Of a stretch of 64,000 nucleotides of DNA, positions 29,443 to 37,801 are shown piece by piece. The stretch is from an uncultured Gemmatimonadales bacterium (lineage in GTDB: Bacteria; Gemmatimonadota; Gemmatimonadetes; Longimicrobiales; RSA9), in NCBI GenBank assembly GCA_963798845.1, contig CAWCUS010000006.1:896001-960000 (forward strand), read 5' to 3'. Position numbers and translations under genes: made by a program. Under the pieces are notes generated by a model. The model made no database searches. It saw only the letters and a list, made by a program, of their open reading frames with translations, and was not told where the DNA came from. Position 1 is the first letter of the stretch. Every line of letters starts with the position of its first letter.

Positions 29443-29898
29443 ATGTACACCCTCGTACGGCGATTCATCAAGACCGGCATCGTTTTCCTGGCGCTGGGGC
29501 TCGGGCTGGGGGTTTGGCTCATGGTCCAGCGGGACCTGCTGGGCCACTGGCCGGACCCGCACCTGGTGTCGGCGCACGTGCACGCGGTGCTGGTGGGATT
29601 CGTGATGTTCCTGATCCTGGGGGTGGCGCTATGGCTGTTCCCGCGGGCGCCGACAGGCGACCGTCGATACTCGCCGGGGCGGGCGGCGGCGTCGTACTGG
29701 ATCCTGGTGACCTCGACGTCGGTGCGGCTGGTGACGGAGGCGGCGAGGGCATGGGTGTCGTGGCGGTGGCTGGGTTGGCCGGTGGTGGCGAGCGGTGTGG
29801 GTCAGGTGGTGGGTCTGCTCTTCTACTTCTGGACGATGTGGACGCGGATCCGTCCCGTAGGCAGCCACCTGCGCGAGGCGAAGGGCGAGCGGTTCTGA
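29443..29898 (+). CDS. Small 4-TM His-containing membrane protein (heme-copper oxidase subunit I / NnrS-like fragment)
   Basis: RRFIKT, HLVSAHVHAVLVGF, GVALWLFPR. Confidence 0.65.
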   Translation: MYTLVRRFIKTGIVFLALGLGLGVWLMVQRDLLGHWPDPHLVSAHVHAVLVGFVMFLILGVALWLFPRAPTGDRRYSPGRAAASYWILVTSTSVRLVTEAARAWVSWRWLGWPVVASGVGQVVGLLFYFWTMWTRIRPVGSHLREAKGERF

Positions 29899-29947
29899 CC
29901 TGTGCGGGCGTACCCGGCCGTTCTGCTCGGTCCGGCGTGGCGCCCGG

Positions 29948-30418
29948 TCAGCGCGCAGCGCTCCAGGAGCCGGGCATGGCCGGATCGGCGGTGGCGCCTT
30001 CATGGTAGACCCAGGCGCCGAGCGCGGCGGCGAGGGTGAACTCGACGAGGGTCCAGGCGAGGGCGAGGACCGTTCCGCCTGGAGAGCCGGTCGTGAAGCC
30101 CATGGCCGCGTACGAGAAGGTCGGAATCAGGGAGACGAACGCCCAGAAGGTCGCGCCCACGCCGATCGCGGTGGCGGGACCCGGGCCGAAGCGGGGACGG
30201 ACGGCGGCGTAGAGCCCGGTGAGGGCGATTCCCCAGAGGAACGCGACCACGACGAAGAAGGGAATGGCCCACGCAGCCATCTGCGTGTTCGCGGCCTCGA
30301 GGGCGGCGGCCATGTCGTCGGCGGCCACGAAGAGATTGAGGATCGTCTCGCTGACGTTGATCAGCAGGCCCGCAAGGAGGCCGCCGACGATCACTCGCTT
30401 TAGGTTGATGCCGTGCAT
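29948..30418 (-). CDS. Hypothetical 4-TM membrane protein
   Basis: GGAGGG RBS; INLKRVIVGGLLAG, YAAVRPRFGPGPATA, GAWVY. Confidence 0.75.
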   Translation of the reverse strand: MHGINLKRVIVGGLLAGLLINVSETILNLFVAADDMAAALEAANTQMAAWAIPFFVVVAFLWGIALTGLYAAVRPRFGPGPATAIGVGATFWAFVSLIPTFSYAAMGFTTGSPGGTVLALAWTLVEFTLAAALGAWVYHEGATADPAMPGSWSAAR

Positions 30419-30551
30419 GTCTCCCTCCGGGGAGAGGTGGGCCATGGTCGTGGTGCCCGCGCGCGGGTGTCCGGGCGCGGCGGCCTTCCACGGTCTTCAA
30501 AGAAGGGCCGAGCAGGGGCGTCCGTCAACGATCTCCTGCGGGCGGGAACGA

Positions 30552-30631
30552 GGAAGGGGCGCGGCCAGGCCGCGCCCCTTCCCGCGAGAGCGTATCCATG
30601 TCCGGTCCGCGGGCACGTGCCCGCGGACCGG
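30552..30631 (-). terminator. Two GC-rich hairpins downstream of citrate synthase
   Basis: 15-bp inverted repeat at 30552-30582 and a perfect 30-bp palindrome at 30602-30631; no U-tract. Confidence 0.55.
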
Positions 30632-30637
30632 GCGGGA

Positions 30638-31975
30638 TCAGCCCTGTGCGCCGCTCGTGGCGGGCTCACGGTTGCGGTCGGACATCGGCACGAACGGCCG
30701 CGTGTCGTACCCCGTGTAGATCTGTCGCGGGCGGGAGATCGCCTGCTCGGGATCCATGAGCATCTCCTGCCACTGCGCCAGCCAGCCGACGGTGCGGCCG
30801 ATGGCGAAGAGGACGGGGAACATGTCCACGGGGAAGCCCAGCGCCTTGTAGATGATACCCGAGTAGAAGTCGACGTTCGGGTACAGGTTGCGCTTCACGA
30901 AATACTCGTCTTCCAGCGCGATCTTCTCGAGCTCGACGGCCAGGTCGAGGAGCGGGTCCTTGCCCGTCACCTCGAACACCTTCGGCGCCAGCTCGCGGAG
31001 GATCTTCGCCCGCGGATCGTAGTTCTTGTACACCCGGTGGCCGAAGCCCATGAGGCGGAATTCGCCTTCCTTGGCCCGCTTCACGAACTCGCCGACCCGC
31101 TCCTTCGTCCCGATCTCGTTCAGCATCCGCAGCACCTTCTCGTTGGCTCCGCCGTGCAGGGGGCCGTAGAGCGCCGCGGCCGCAGCCGATACGGCCACGT
31201 ACGGGTCCGCGTGCGAGCTGCCCACCGTCCGCATGGTGGTGGTGCTGCAGTTCTGCTCGTGGTCGATGTGCAGGATGAAGAGGACGTCCAGCACCTTCTC
31301 GAGGACCGGATCCGGCGCGTACTTCGGCTCGGACATCTTGTACAGCATGTTCAAGAAGTTGCCGGCGAAGCTGAGGTCGTTGTCCGGGTACACGTACGGC
31401 TGACCGACGCTGTGCCGGTACGCGAACGCTGCCACGGTCGGCACCTTCGCAATGAGCCGCACGATCTGCTTCTGCCGGACCTCCGGGTCCTGGATGTTCC
31501 GGGCTTCGGGGTAGAACGTCGAAAGCGCCGCCACCGTGCTCACGAACATGCCCATGGGATGGGCGTCGTGGTGGAACCCGTCGATGAACTTCTTCAGGTT
31601 CTCGTGCGTGTACGTGTGGTGCTTGATGTGGTGATTCCAGTCCTCCAGCTGCTCGGCCGTGGGCAGCTCCCCGAACAGCGTCAGGTACGCCGATTCCAGG
31701 AAATTGCTCTTCTCCGCCAGCTCCTCGATGGGGATCCCGCGGTAGCGTAGGATCCCTCGCTCTCCGTCGATGAACGTGATGGAGCTCTTGCACGAGGCCG
31801 TGTTCTTGAACGCCGGGTCGTACGAGAGCAGACCGAAATCCTCGTCGGAGATCTTCAGCTGGCGCAACGGCGCGGCGGGCGCGTTCGATCCGTACTCAGG
31901 GTACGTCCCGTGAGTGACCGGGAGCTCGAGCTGCTTTCCGGTACGATTGTCTACGACGGTGAGCGTATCCGGCAT
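30638..31975 (-). CDS. gltA: Citrate synthase
   Basis: YDPAFKNTASC, LRYRG, AHPM, HIDHEQNCST, GPLHGGANE, MGFGHRVYKNYDPR, YPNVDFYSG, RPRQIY; GAGGAGG RBS. Confidence 0.95.
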   Translation of the reverse strand: MPDTLTVVDNRTGKQLELPVTHGTYPEYGSNAPAAPLRQLKISDEDFGLLSYDPAFKNTASCKSSITFIDGERGILRYRGIPIEELAEKSNFLESAYLTLFGELPTAEQLEDWNHHIKHHTYTHENLKKFIDGFHHDAHPMGMFVSTVAALSTFYPEARNIQDPEVRQKQIVRLIAKVPTVAAFAYRHSVGQPYVYPDNDLSFAGNFLNMLYKMSEPKYAPDPVLEKVLDVLFILHIDHEQNCSTTTMRTVGSSHADPYVAVSAAAAALYGPLHGGANEKVLRMLNEIGTKERVGEFVKRAKEGEFRLMGFGHRVYKNYDPRAKILRELAPKVFEVTGKDPLLDLAVELEKIALEDEYFVKRNLYPNVDFYSGIIYKALGFPVDMFPVLFAIGRTVGWLAQWQEMLMDPEQAISRPRQIYTGYDTRPFVPMSDRNREPATSGAQG

Positions 31976-32230
31976 GTTGTTGGCCTCCTCGGGAAGGTGC
32001 GACGGCTCGAATGGAGCCGAATGTGCAGGGTCAGACTGCCCCCGTAAGATAGTATCTGCCTCCTCGCGAGTCGTCTGTAGGGGAGACCCGGATATCGCGC
32101 GGCGGGGATTGCCCCACCCCGGCCGGGCCATGCTTGTCGGGGAGTGCGCCGCCGGCGCGGGATGCAACCTCGCCGGCGGCGCGTAGCTTGCCCCAGTGAA
32201 CGGAAGAGAATCCTCGCACACTGCGGACCA

Positions 32231-32668
32231 ATGGAAGAAGGTGGAAGGGTCCGGATCAATCAGCGGCTGACGATCCCGTTGTCGGAGCTGGAGCTGCGGG
32301 CGACGCGCTCTGGCGGGCCGGGGGGGCAGCACGTCAACACGACGTCGACGCGGGTGCAGCTGTCGTGGGACGTGGCGGGCTCGCCGTCGCTGACGGAGCG
32401 TCGTCGTCAGCTGATCCAGTCGCGGCTGGGCAACCGGATCGACAAGGAGGGCGTGCTGCACCTGTCGGCGGACACGCACCGGAGCCAGCACCGGAATCGG
32501 GAAGAAGTAGTCGAGCGGTTCGGGGATCTGGTGGCGGAGGCGTTGCGGCTGCGGAAGGAGCGGAAGCCGACGCGGCCGACCAAGGCCTCGAAGGAGCGGC
32601 GTTTGCGGGCGAAGAAGCAGCGTGGCCGGCTGAAGAAGCTGAGGGGGCCCGTGATGCGGGAGGAGTAG
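32231..32668 (+). CDS. arfB: Alternative ribosome-rescue peptidyl-tRNA hydrolase
   Basis: RSGGPGGQHVN (GGQ), RSQHRNR, basic tail RKPTRPTKASKERRLRAKK. Confidence 0.93.
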   Translation: MEEGGRVRINQRLTIPLSELELRATRSGGPGGQHVNTTSTRVQLSWDVAGSPSLTERRRQLIQSRLGNRIDKEGVLHLSADTHRSQHRNREEVVERFGDLVAEALRLRKERKPTRPTKASKERRLRAKKQRGRLKKLRGPVMREE

Positions 32669-32844
32669 GACGGATGGCGGTTCAGTGCGACTGCGAACAG
32701 TTCTTGCGAAAGGGGATCGGTCGTGGGTCGGCGTGGAGGGCATGATGCACGCCGGGCGAAAGGACAGCACGCGGAACGTGAACCGACAGAGGAACGTCGA
32801 GGTCTGGTGCGAAGAGTCCCGCTCTCCAACCGGGCCTGGGAGGG

Positions 32845-33111
32845 ATGCAGGTGGCCAAAGTGGAAGCCGTCTCAGGCCTGATCAGCGATCTGCTGGAAGG
32901 GATCGCTGGGCGGATGGAGGATGTGGCCCAGGAAGCGGGCGTGTCCTATTCAGCACTGTACTCGTGGGCCACCGGCCGGCGTCGTCCGGGCCGGCGCAAC
33001 CTCCAGAAGCTGGTGGAGCTGGCCGAGGACCGGTCAGACCGCCTCGACGAGCTGGCCGAGGAGCTGCGGGCGAAGCTGGAGAAGAACGGCCGGCGATCGA
33101 CCGGCGAGTGA
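32845..33111 (+). CDS. Small XRE-like HTH DNA-binding protein
   Basis: MEDVAQEAGVSYSALYSWATGRRRP helix-turn-helix plus C-terminal coiled coil. Confidence 0.7.
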   Translation: MQVAKVEAVSGLISDLLEGIAGRMEDVAQEAGVSYSALYSWATGRRRPGRRNLQKLVELAEDRSDRLDELAEELRAKLEKNGRRSTGE

Positions 33112-33166
33112 GCGTGTCGTGCGGACTCGGGCGCCGGGTCCGTCACTGCTCGCAGTGCCGGGCCCG

Positions 33167-34273
33167 TCACTGTTCGGCGGACCGGGTGCGGGCGACGGCG
33201 TCCACGTCTGCCGGTCGGATCCACCCGCGGCGGGCGGCGTGGGTGGCCGCTTCGAGGGTGTCGTGCACGAGGACGAGCTCGGCGGCGCCGGTGGACGCGA
33301 GCTCGGCGGCCAGGGCGTCGATCGCCTCGATCCGGCGGGCGTCGGCGACGACGCTGCGAATGTAGATGCCGAGCACCCGTCCCGGGTGGTCGTGCACCAC
33401 TTCGCGGTAGATCTCGGGATCTTCCTGCCCGCTGTCCCCCACCAGCAGGAAATCGAGGTCGGGGTACGTCTCGAGGATGCGGTTGATGGCCCGGCCCTTG
33501 TGACGGCGGTGGCCGGTCGGGAGAAGGTCGTCGTGCGTTATGCCCCAGTCGCGCAGCTCCATCGGGCCGGCCGGAATGCCGTGCAGGTGGAGGAACTCGC
33601 TCAGGATGTCGTAGAGGTTCCAGGGGCTGCTCGAGACGTAGAATACGGGATTGAGCTCATCCCCGCCGGAGGTGTGCAGGGCGCGGTAGAACGCGCCCAC
33701 GCCGGGGAACGGCATGCGCGTATGCACGTTCCCGAAGAGCACCTCCCTCCCCATGCGCAGCAGGCTGGTTGCGCCCGTCCGGACGACCGTGTCGTCCAGA
33801 TCGCTGATGATCCCGAAGCGTGGCCTCGAGGGCACGGCCACCATGCACACGGCTCCCTTACCCTCCGGGGAGACGAGCTCGACGCCGGCGGTGTGCCACA
33901 GGCGTGACGGGTCCGGGAGGGAGTCGGGGGTGAAGGCCGCGGCGAAGTGGCCTTCGTCGTCCGAACGAGCTTCCAGAACCTGGTCCCCGAAGGAAATGCG
34001 CAAACGCGCGCCACCCACCTCGGCGCTGCCGAGGCGGCGGTAGGCGTTGGCCAGGTTCAGCCACCAGGGGTCGGCGGGCGTGGCAGGGGCGGGCGGGTCG
34101 CCGTGGAGGACCCGCCCGCGGACCCGGACGAGGGACTTCGTCCCGTAGGTGCGGTACGCCTCCACGCGGGCGGGGCGTCCCGGTCGAACGACGCGGTCCA
34201 CCCTGCGGCGGAGACGGTCCACGCTCTCCTCCGTCCGCCACGCGGCCTCGGCCAAAGCCCGCTTCCAGTCCAT
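33167..34273 (-). CDS. App1-family (DUF2183) phosphatidate phosphatase-like protein
   Basis: IISDLDDTV, PFPGV, FYVSSSPWNLY, LRDWG, LVGDSGQEDPEIY, IYIR. Confidence 0.88.
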   Translation of the reverse strand: MDWKRALAEAAWRTEESVDRLRRRVDRVVRPGRPARVEAYRTYGTKSLVRVRGRVLHGDPPAPATPADPWWLNLANAYRRLGSAEVGGARLRISFGDQVLEARSDDEGHFAAAFTPDSLPDPSRLWHTAGVELVSPEGKGAVCMVAVPSRPRFGIISDLDDTVVRTGATSLLRMGREVLFGNVHTRMPFPGVGAFYRALHTSGGDELNPVFYVSSSPWNLYDILSEFLHLHGIPAGPMELRDWGITHDDLLPTGHRRHKGRAINRILETYPDLDFLLVGDSGQEDPEIYREVVHDHPGRVLGIYIRSVVADARRIEAIDALAAELASTGAAELVLVHDTLEAATHAARRGWIRPADVDAVARTRSAEQ

Positions 34274-34342
34274 GTCCCCCCGACGCCGACGGGAACGCGG
34301 CCGCCCGTTGCGGCGGACCGGCGCGAGGTCCATGATGCGGCC

Positions 34343-35389
34343 ATGAATGCGACGAGGCGAATTCGCGGCCGCGTGATCATCGGCTTCCTGTCGCTCACTG
34401 CGTGCGCGGCCACTCGGGCCGTGGAGCACGGCTGGAGCCCCAATGCGGTGCCGACCGACGCGGAGTTCCGCGGTGTATCGGCGATTCCGGACGGCGGGGT
34501 GTGGCTGTCGGGACGCGGTGGGGTCGTGGCCTCGCGCGCCGCGGCCGGCGCGCCGTGGCGCGTCGACACGATCGCCGGTGCGGAGTCGCTCTTCCTCGTG
34601 GACGTGAGCGCCTTCGACTCGCTTCACGCCGTGGTGCTCGGGACCCATTTCGACGGCGGCCTCGCCCGCATCTACCGGACCGACGACGGCGGGCGGAGCT
34701 GGCGAACCACGTTCCAGGACGATCGTCCGGGCGCCTTCTACGACGGCATGGCCTTCTGGGACGACCGCCACGGCGTCGCGTTCGGCGACGCCGTCTCCGG
34801 CCGGATGACGATCATCCGTACCGATGACGGCGAGCACTGGGTCCCCGCCGACTCCGTGCCCGCCGCGCTCGAGGGGGAGGGGGGCTTCGCGGCGAGCGGA
34901 ACCGCGCTCGCGCTGGCCGGCACTGGCCATTCGTGGATCGGAACGGGCGCCGGGCCGCGGGCGAGGGTCCTGCACAGCGGCGACGGCGGCCGGACGTGGA
35001 GCGTGGTGGATTCGCCGCTGCGCGGTGGTCCCACGGCGGGAATATTCGGTGTGGCTTTCCGTGACACACTGCACGGCGTGGTGGTGGGCGGGGACTACAC
35101 GGACAGCACGTCGGTTCCGGCGCGGCTGGCGAGGACGGAAGACGGAGGTCGGACCTGGACTCCCGTCGCCGCGCCGGCCCCGCCGGGGGTATGGTACGGC
35201 GTGGCCTACGTGCCCGGCAGGACTCCGCCGTTGCTGGTGGCGGTGGGCCCGACCGGCTCCGCGTACTCGACAGATGACGGAGCCACGTGGCGAACGGCGG
35301 GCGACAGGGGCTACAATGCCGTCGGGTTCAGCCGAGACGGAAGCGGCTGGGCCGCGGGAGCGACGGGGACGGCGGCGCGTTGGCGCTGA
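34343..35389 (+). CDS. YCF48/BNR-repeat beta-propeller lipoprotein
   Basis: Lipobox LTAC; repeated TDDGGxxW Asp-boxes; FYDGMAFWD, EGGFAASGT, VGGDY. Confidence 0.85.
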   Translation: MNATRRIRGRVIIGFLSLTACAATRAVEHGWSPNAVPTDAEFRGVSAIPDGGVWLSGRGGVVASRAAAGAPWRVDTIAGAESLFLVDVSAFDSLHAVVLGTHFDGGLARIYRTDDGGRSWRTTFQDDRPGAFYDGMAFWDDRHGVAFGDAVSGRMTIIRTDDGEHWVPADSVPAALEGEGGFAASGTALALAGTGHSWIGTGAGPRARVLHSGDGGRTWSVVDSPLRGGPTAGIFGVAFRDTLHGVVVGGDYTDSTSVPARLARTEDGGRTWTPVAAPAPPGVWYGVAYVPGRTPPLLVAVGPTGSAYSTDDGATWRTAGDRGYNAVGFSRDGSGWAAGATGTAARWR

Positions 35390-35531
35390 CCTGATCCGGG
35401 TCGCCGCGCCCAACCTCAGGCTGAACGCCCTGGACGGCATAGGCGGTGTAGATCAGAGCGGCTATGACGAGTACGACCAGCGCGACGATGGCCACGATCA
35501 GCCACTTCCTGGTCATCGGGCCGAGTGACAT
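35328..35531 (-). CDS. Possible small single-TM protein
   Basis: RKWLIVAIVALVVLVIAALIYTAY after an AGGAGG-type RBS; 3' end overlaps the convergent gene by about 60 bp. Confidence 0.4.
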   Translation of the reverse strand: MSLGPMTRKWLIVAIVALVVLVIAALIYTAYAVQGVQPEVGRGDPDQVSANAPPSPSLPRPSRFRLG

Positions 35532-35654
35532 GGGGGGCTCGCCTCCTGGCATCGGGAATCCCTCTGGGGCTGATCGGCCGGCCTTGCAAGAAACGGCGCA
35601 GGCGCAGGCCGGACTCGCTTGACAATCGCGGCGCGCGCCGCGGAAGATGAGGAC

Positions 35655-36725
35655 ATGAACGGAATCAACGGTTTCTGGACGACGCTGCTGGTTGTCGCCG
35701 TCGTGATCATGGTGGTCTGGGCCGCCATTGCCTTCCTGAGGCGACGGGAGCGGCCGGCAGCGGCTGCGGCCGTGGAACGCGCGCCAGGGCGAACGCCAGC
35801 GCGCACCGAGGCGGAGAGCTTCGGTGACCTGGTGGAGCACGACGAGCTCCGCCGCGCGCTCTCGTCGGTGGGCTGGGTGGAGCCGACGCCGGTACAGGTC
35901 CGGATGGCGGATCTGGTGCCGAGCGGGCGTGACATCCTGCTCAGCGCACCGGAAGGGTCCGGGAAGACGGGCGCCTACATCGTCCCGGCGCTGGAGCGCC
36001 AGCTGCACCGTGAAGGGCTGTTCACCCTGGTGATCGCCCCAACGGAGGACATGGTCCGCGACATCGGCGCGCAGGCGCGCGACCTCGCGCGGGAAGTCGA
36101 CCTCTGGGTCGGCGAGATCCACGGCGGCGAGCCCGCGGTGGACCAGGTGCGCGACCTCCGGGCCGGCTTCGACGTCCTCGTCGCCACGCCCGACCGGCTG
36201 CTCGAGCACATGGAAGCCGGGAACGTCCGTCTCGGCCAGGTCGAAGTCCTCGTATTCGATCCGCTCGACGCGCTTCTCCAGCGAGGGAAGCACCGCGAGA
36301 TCCAGCGGATCGTGGAGAGCGCCCCGGACAACTGCCAGGTGGTATTCGTCGGCCGCACGCTCTCGAGCGAGGCGCAGGACCTGGCCCGCACGGTGATGAG
36401 CGAGCCGATGCGCGTGGAGGTGGCAGCCTCGCCCCCGCCCCCTTCCCGCCGCCCGGGCCAGCCGGCGTTCGAGCGCCCGGAGCGTGTCATCTCCGGCGCC
36501 GTCTCCGCCGGCGCGGAGGGCCAGATCGCCGGGACGGTGCGCTGGTTCAGCAACAGCAAGGGCTTCGGATTCATCGAGCCGGACGACGGCGGAGAAGACG
36601 TCTTCGTCCACCACTCCAACATCCTCGGCGACGGATTCAAGTCGCTCGATGATGGGCAGCGCGTTCGGTTCCGCCGCGTTCCTACCGAGAAGAGCCCGGA
36701 GGCGAGAGAGGTGGAGCCGCTCTGA
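35655..36725 (+). CDS. TM-anchored degenerate DEAD-box domain-1 / cold-shock-domain fusion
   Basis: N-terminal [25 protein letters not shown], motif II reads DPLD; C-terminal GTVRWF..KGFGFI..VFVHHS cold-shock domain. Confidence 0.85.
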   Translation: MNGINGFWTTLLVVAVVIMVVWAAIAFLRRRERPAAAAAVERAPGRTPARTEAESFGDLVEHDELRRALSSVGWVEPTPVQVRMADLVPSGRDILLSAPEGSGKTGAYIVPALERQLHREGLFTLVIAPTEDMVRDIGAQARDLAREVDLWVGEIHGGEPAVDQVRDLRAGFDVLVATPDRLLEHMEAGNVRLGQVEVLVFDPLDALLQRGKHREIQRIVESAPDNCQVVFVGRTLSSEAQDLARTVMSEPMRVEVAASPPPPSRRPGQPAFERPERVISGAVSAGAEGQIAGTVRWFSNSKGFGFIEPDDGGEDVFVHHSNILGDGFKSLDDGQRVRFRRVPTEKSPEAREVEPL

Positions 36726-36804
36726 TCGGCGGCGCCGCTCCGCACCGAAGCATCGGCCCCCGGCGCGCGATCCGGGGGCCGATCTTTTGGCAGAGCGCAG
36801 GGGC

Positions 36805-36819
36805 TGGCAAATTCGTTGC
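36805..36819 (+). promoter_or_regulatory. Sigma54-type -24/-12 promoter candidate TGGCAAATTCGTTGC
   Basis: GG-N10-GC spacing with TGGCA and TTGC; about 110 bp upstream of the GlsB/YeaQ gene. Confidence 0.55.
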
Positions 36820-36928
36820 GAGGTTTTCGGCTCGACCGGCGCGCTGATTCCCACCGCGTCCGCGTCCACATCTTGCGTATCGCCCGGTCGGAATCTGTCC
36901 GAAGACTCTCCACTGGACGGTGACGCGA

Positions 36929-37192
36929 ATGTTCACGCTGCTGTGGTGGATCCTGTTCGGCGCCGTGGTGGGCGCCATCGCCAAGCTCATCATGCCGGGG
37001 AAGGACCCCGGCGGCTGCCTCGCCACCATCGCCCTCGGGATCCTCGGGTCTGTGCTGGGCGGATTCCTCATCGGCCTGATCTGGCCTGGCCGATCGGTGC
37101 TGACCCCGGCAGGGTGGATCGGCTCGATCGTGGGCGCGCTGCTCCTGCTCCTGCTCTACCGCCGCTGGGCCGGAAAGCACGTGGCGCCCTAG
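36929..37192 (+). CDS. GlsB/YeaQ/YmgE-family stress-response membrane protein
   Basis: WILFGAVVGAIAKLIMPGKDPGG, GSIVGALLLL. Confidence 0.9.
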   Translation: MFTLLWWILFGAVVGAIAKLIMPGKDPGGCLATIALGILGSVLGGFLIGLIWPGRSVLTPAGWIGSIVGALLLLLLYRRWAGKHVAP

Positions 37193-37194
37193 AC

Positions 37195-37229
37195 GCGAGG
37201 GGCGGCAGGCAGGCGCCGCCGCCCCTCGC
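37195..37229 (+). terminator. GC-rich hairpin (12-bp stem) after the GlsB/YeaQ gene
   Basis: GCGAGGGGCGGC ... GCCGCCCCTCGC. Confidence 0.45.
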
Positions 37230-37256
37230 TCAGTCCGGCGCGACTCTTGAAGGAGC

Positions 37257-37712
37257 GTGGGTCGAGATCGCGCGAAGGAGGCAGCAGTGGCAGAACGGGA
37301 ACGGCGAGAACGCCGCCGCGGTAGCGGGGCGCTGACGGACCGGCCGAGGAAGAGTCCGGTGAGTCTGCTGATCGTGATGGTGGTGGGCGTGGTGACGGTC
37401 AGCGCGGCCGCCAGCGTCCTGTTCGGGACCGGCTACGGCGATGAGACGCCCCATGGGAAGGTGCTGGGCACCCTGCAGCGGGTGGCTCGGGCCGAGGAAG
37501 CGTACCACGCGAGCAACGGTCGTTTCGCCGCCGAGCTCGGAGACCTGGCCGTAACCCCGCCCGACAGCGTCGAAGTCGCCCTGACCGTCGAGGCGGGCGA
37601 GTGGCAGGCGGTGGCCACGCACCCGATAGGGCTGTCCTGCGTGCAGTCGGGGCGCGTCGCGCGAGGGCGCGTGGTCCGGGACGAGGCCGGCTGTTTCACG
37701 ACAGGCCCGTAG
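37257..37712 (+). CDS. Type IV pilin-like membrane protein
   Basis: One TM helix, LQRVARAEEAYHASNGRF helix, WQAVATHP, C-terminal cysteine pair. Confidence 0.6.
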   Translation: MGRDRAKEAAVAERERRERRRGSGALTDRPRKSPVSLLIVMVVGVVTVSAAASVLFGTGYGDETPHGKVLGTLQRVARAEEAYHASNGRFAAELGDLAVTPPDSVEVALTVEAGEWQAVATHPIGLSCVQSGRVARGRVVRDEAGCFTTGP

Positions 37713-37801
37713 CGCCCCGACTCGACCCGGACCCTGCCCGTTCGCCATCTTGGTGTGAAGCTGCGACGCGCGCCTTCATCCCCCGGGAGCTCGAACGGTC
37801 C

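Noticed and set aside
32669..32844. ncRNA or riboswitch before the small HTH gene
   Set aside because: No recognisable consensus or convincing stem structure by eye.
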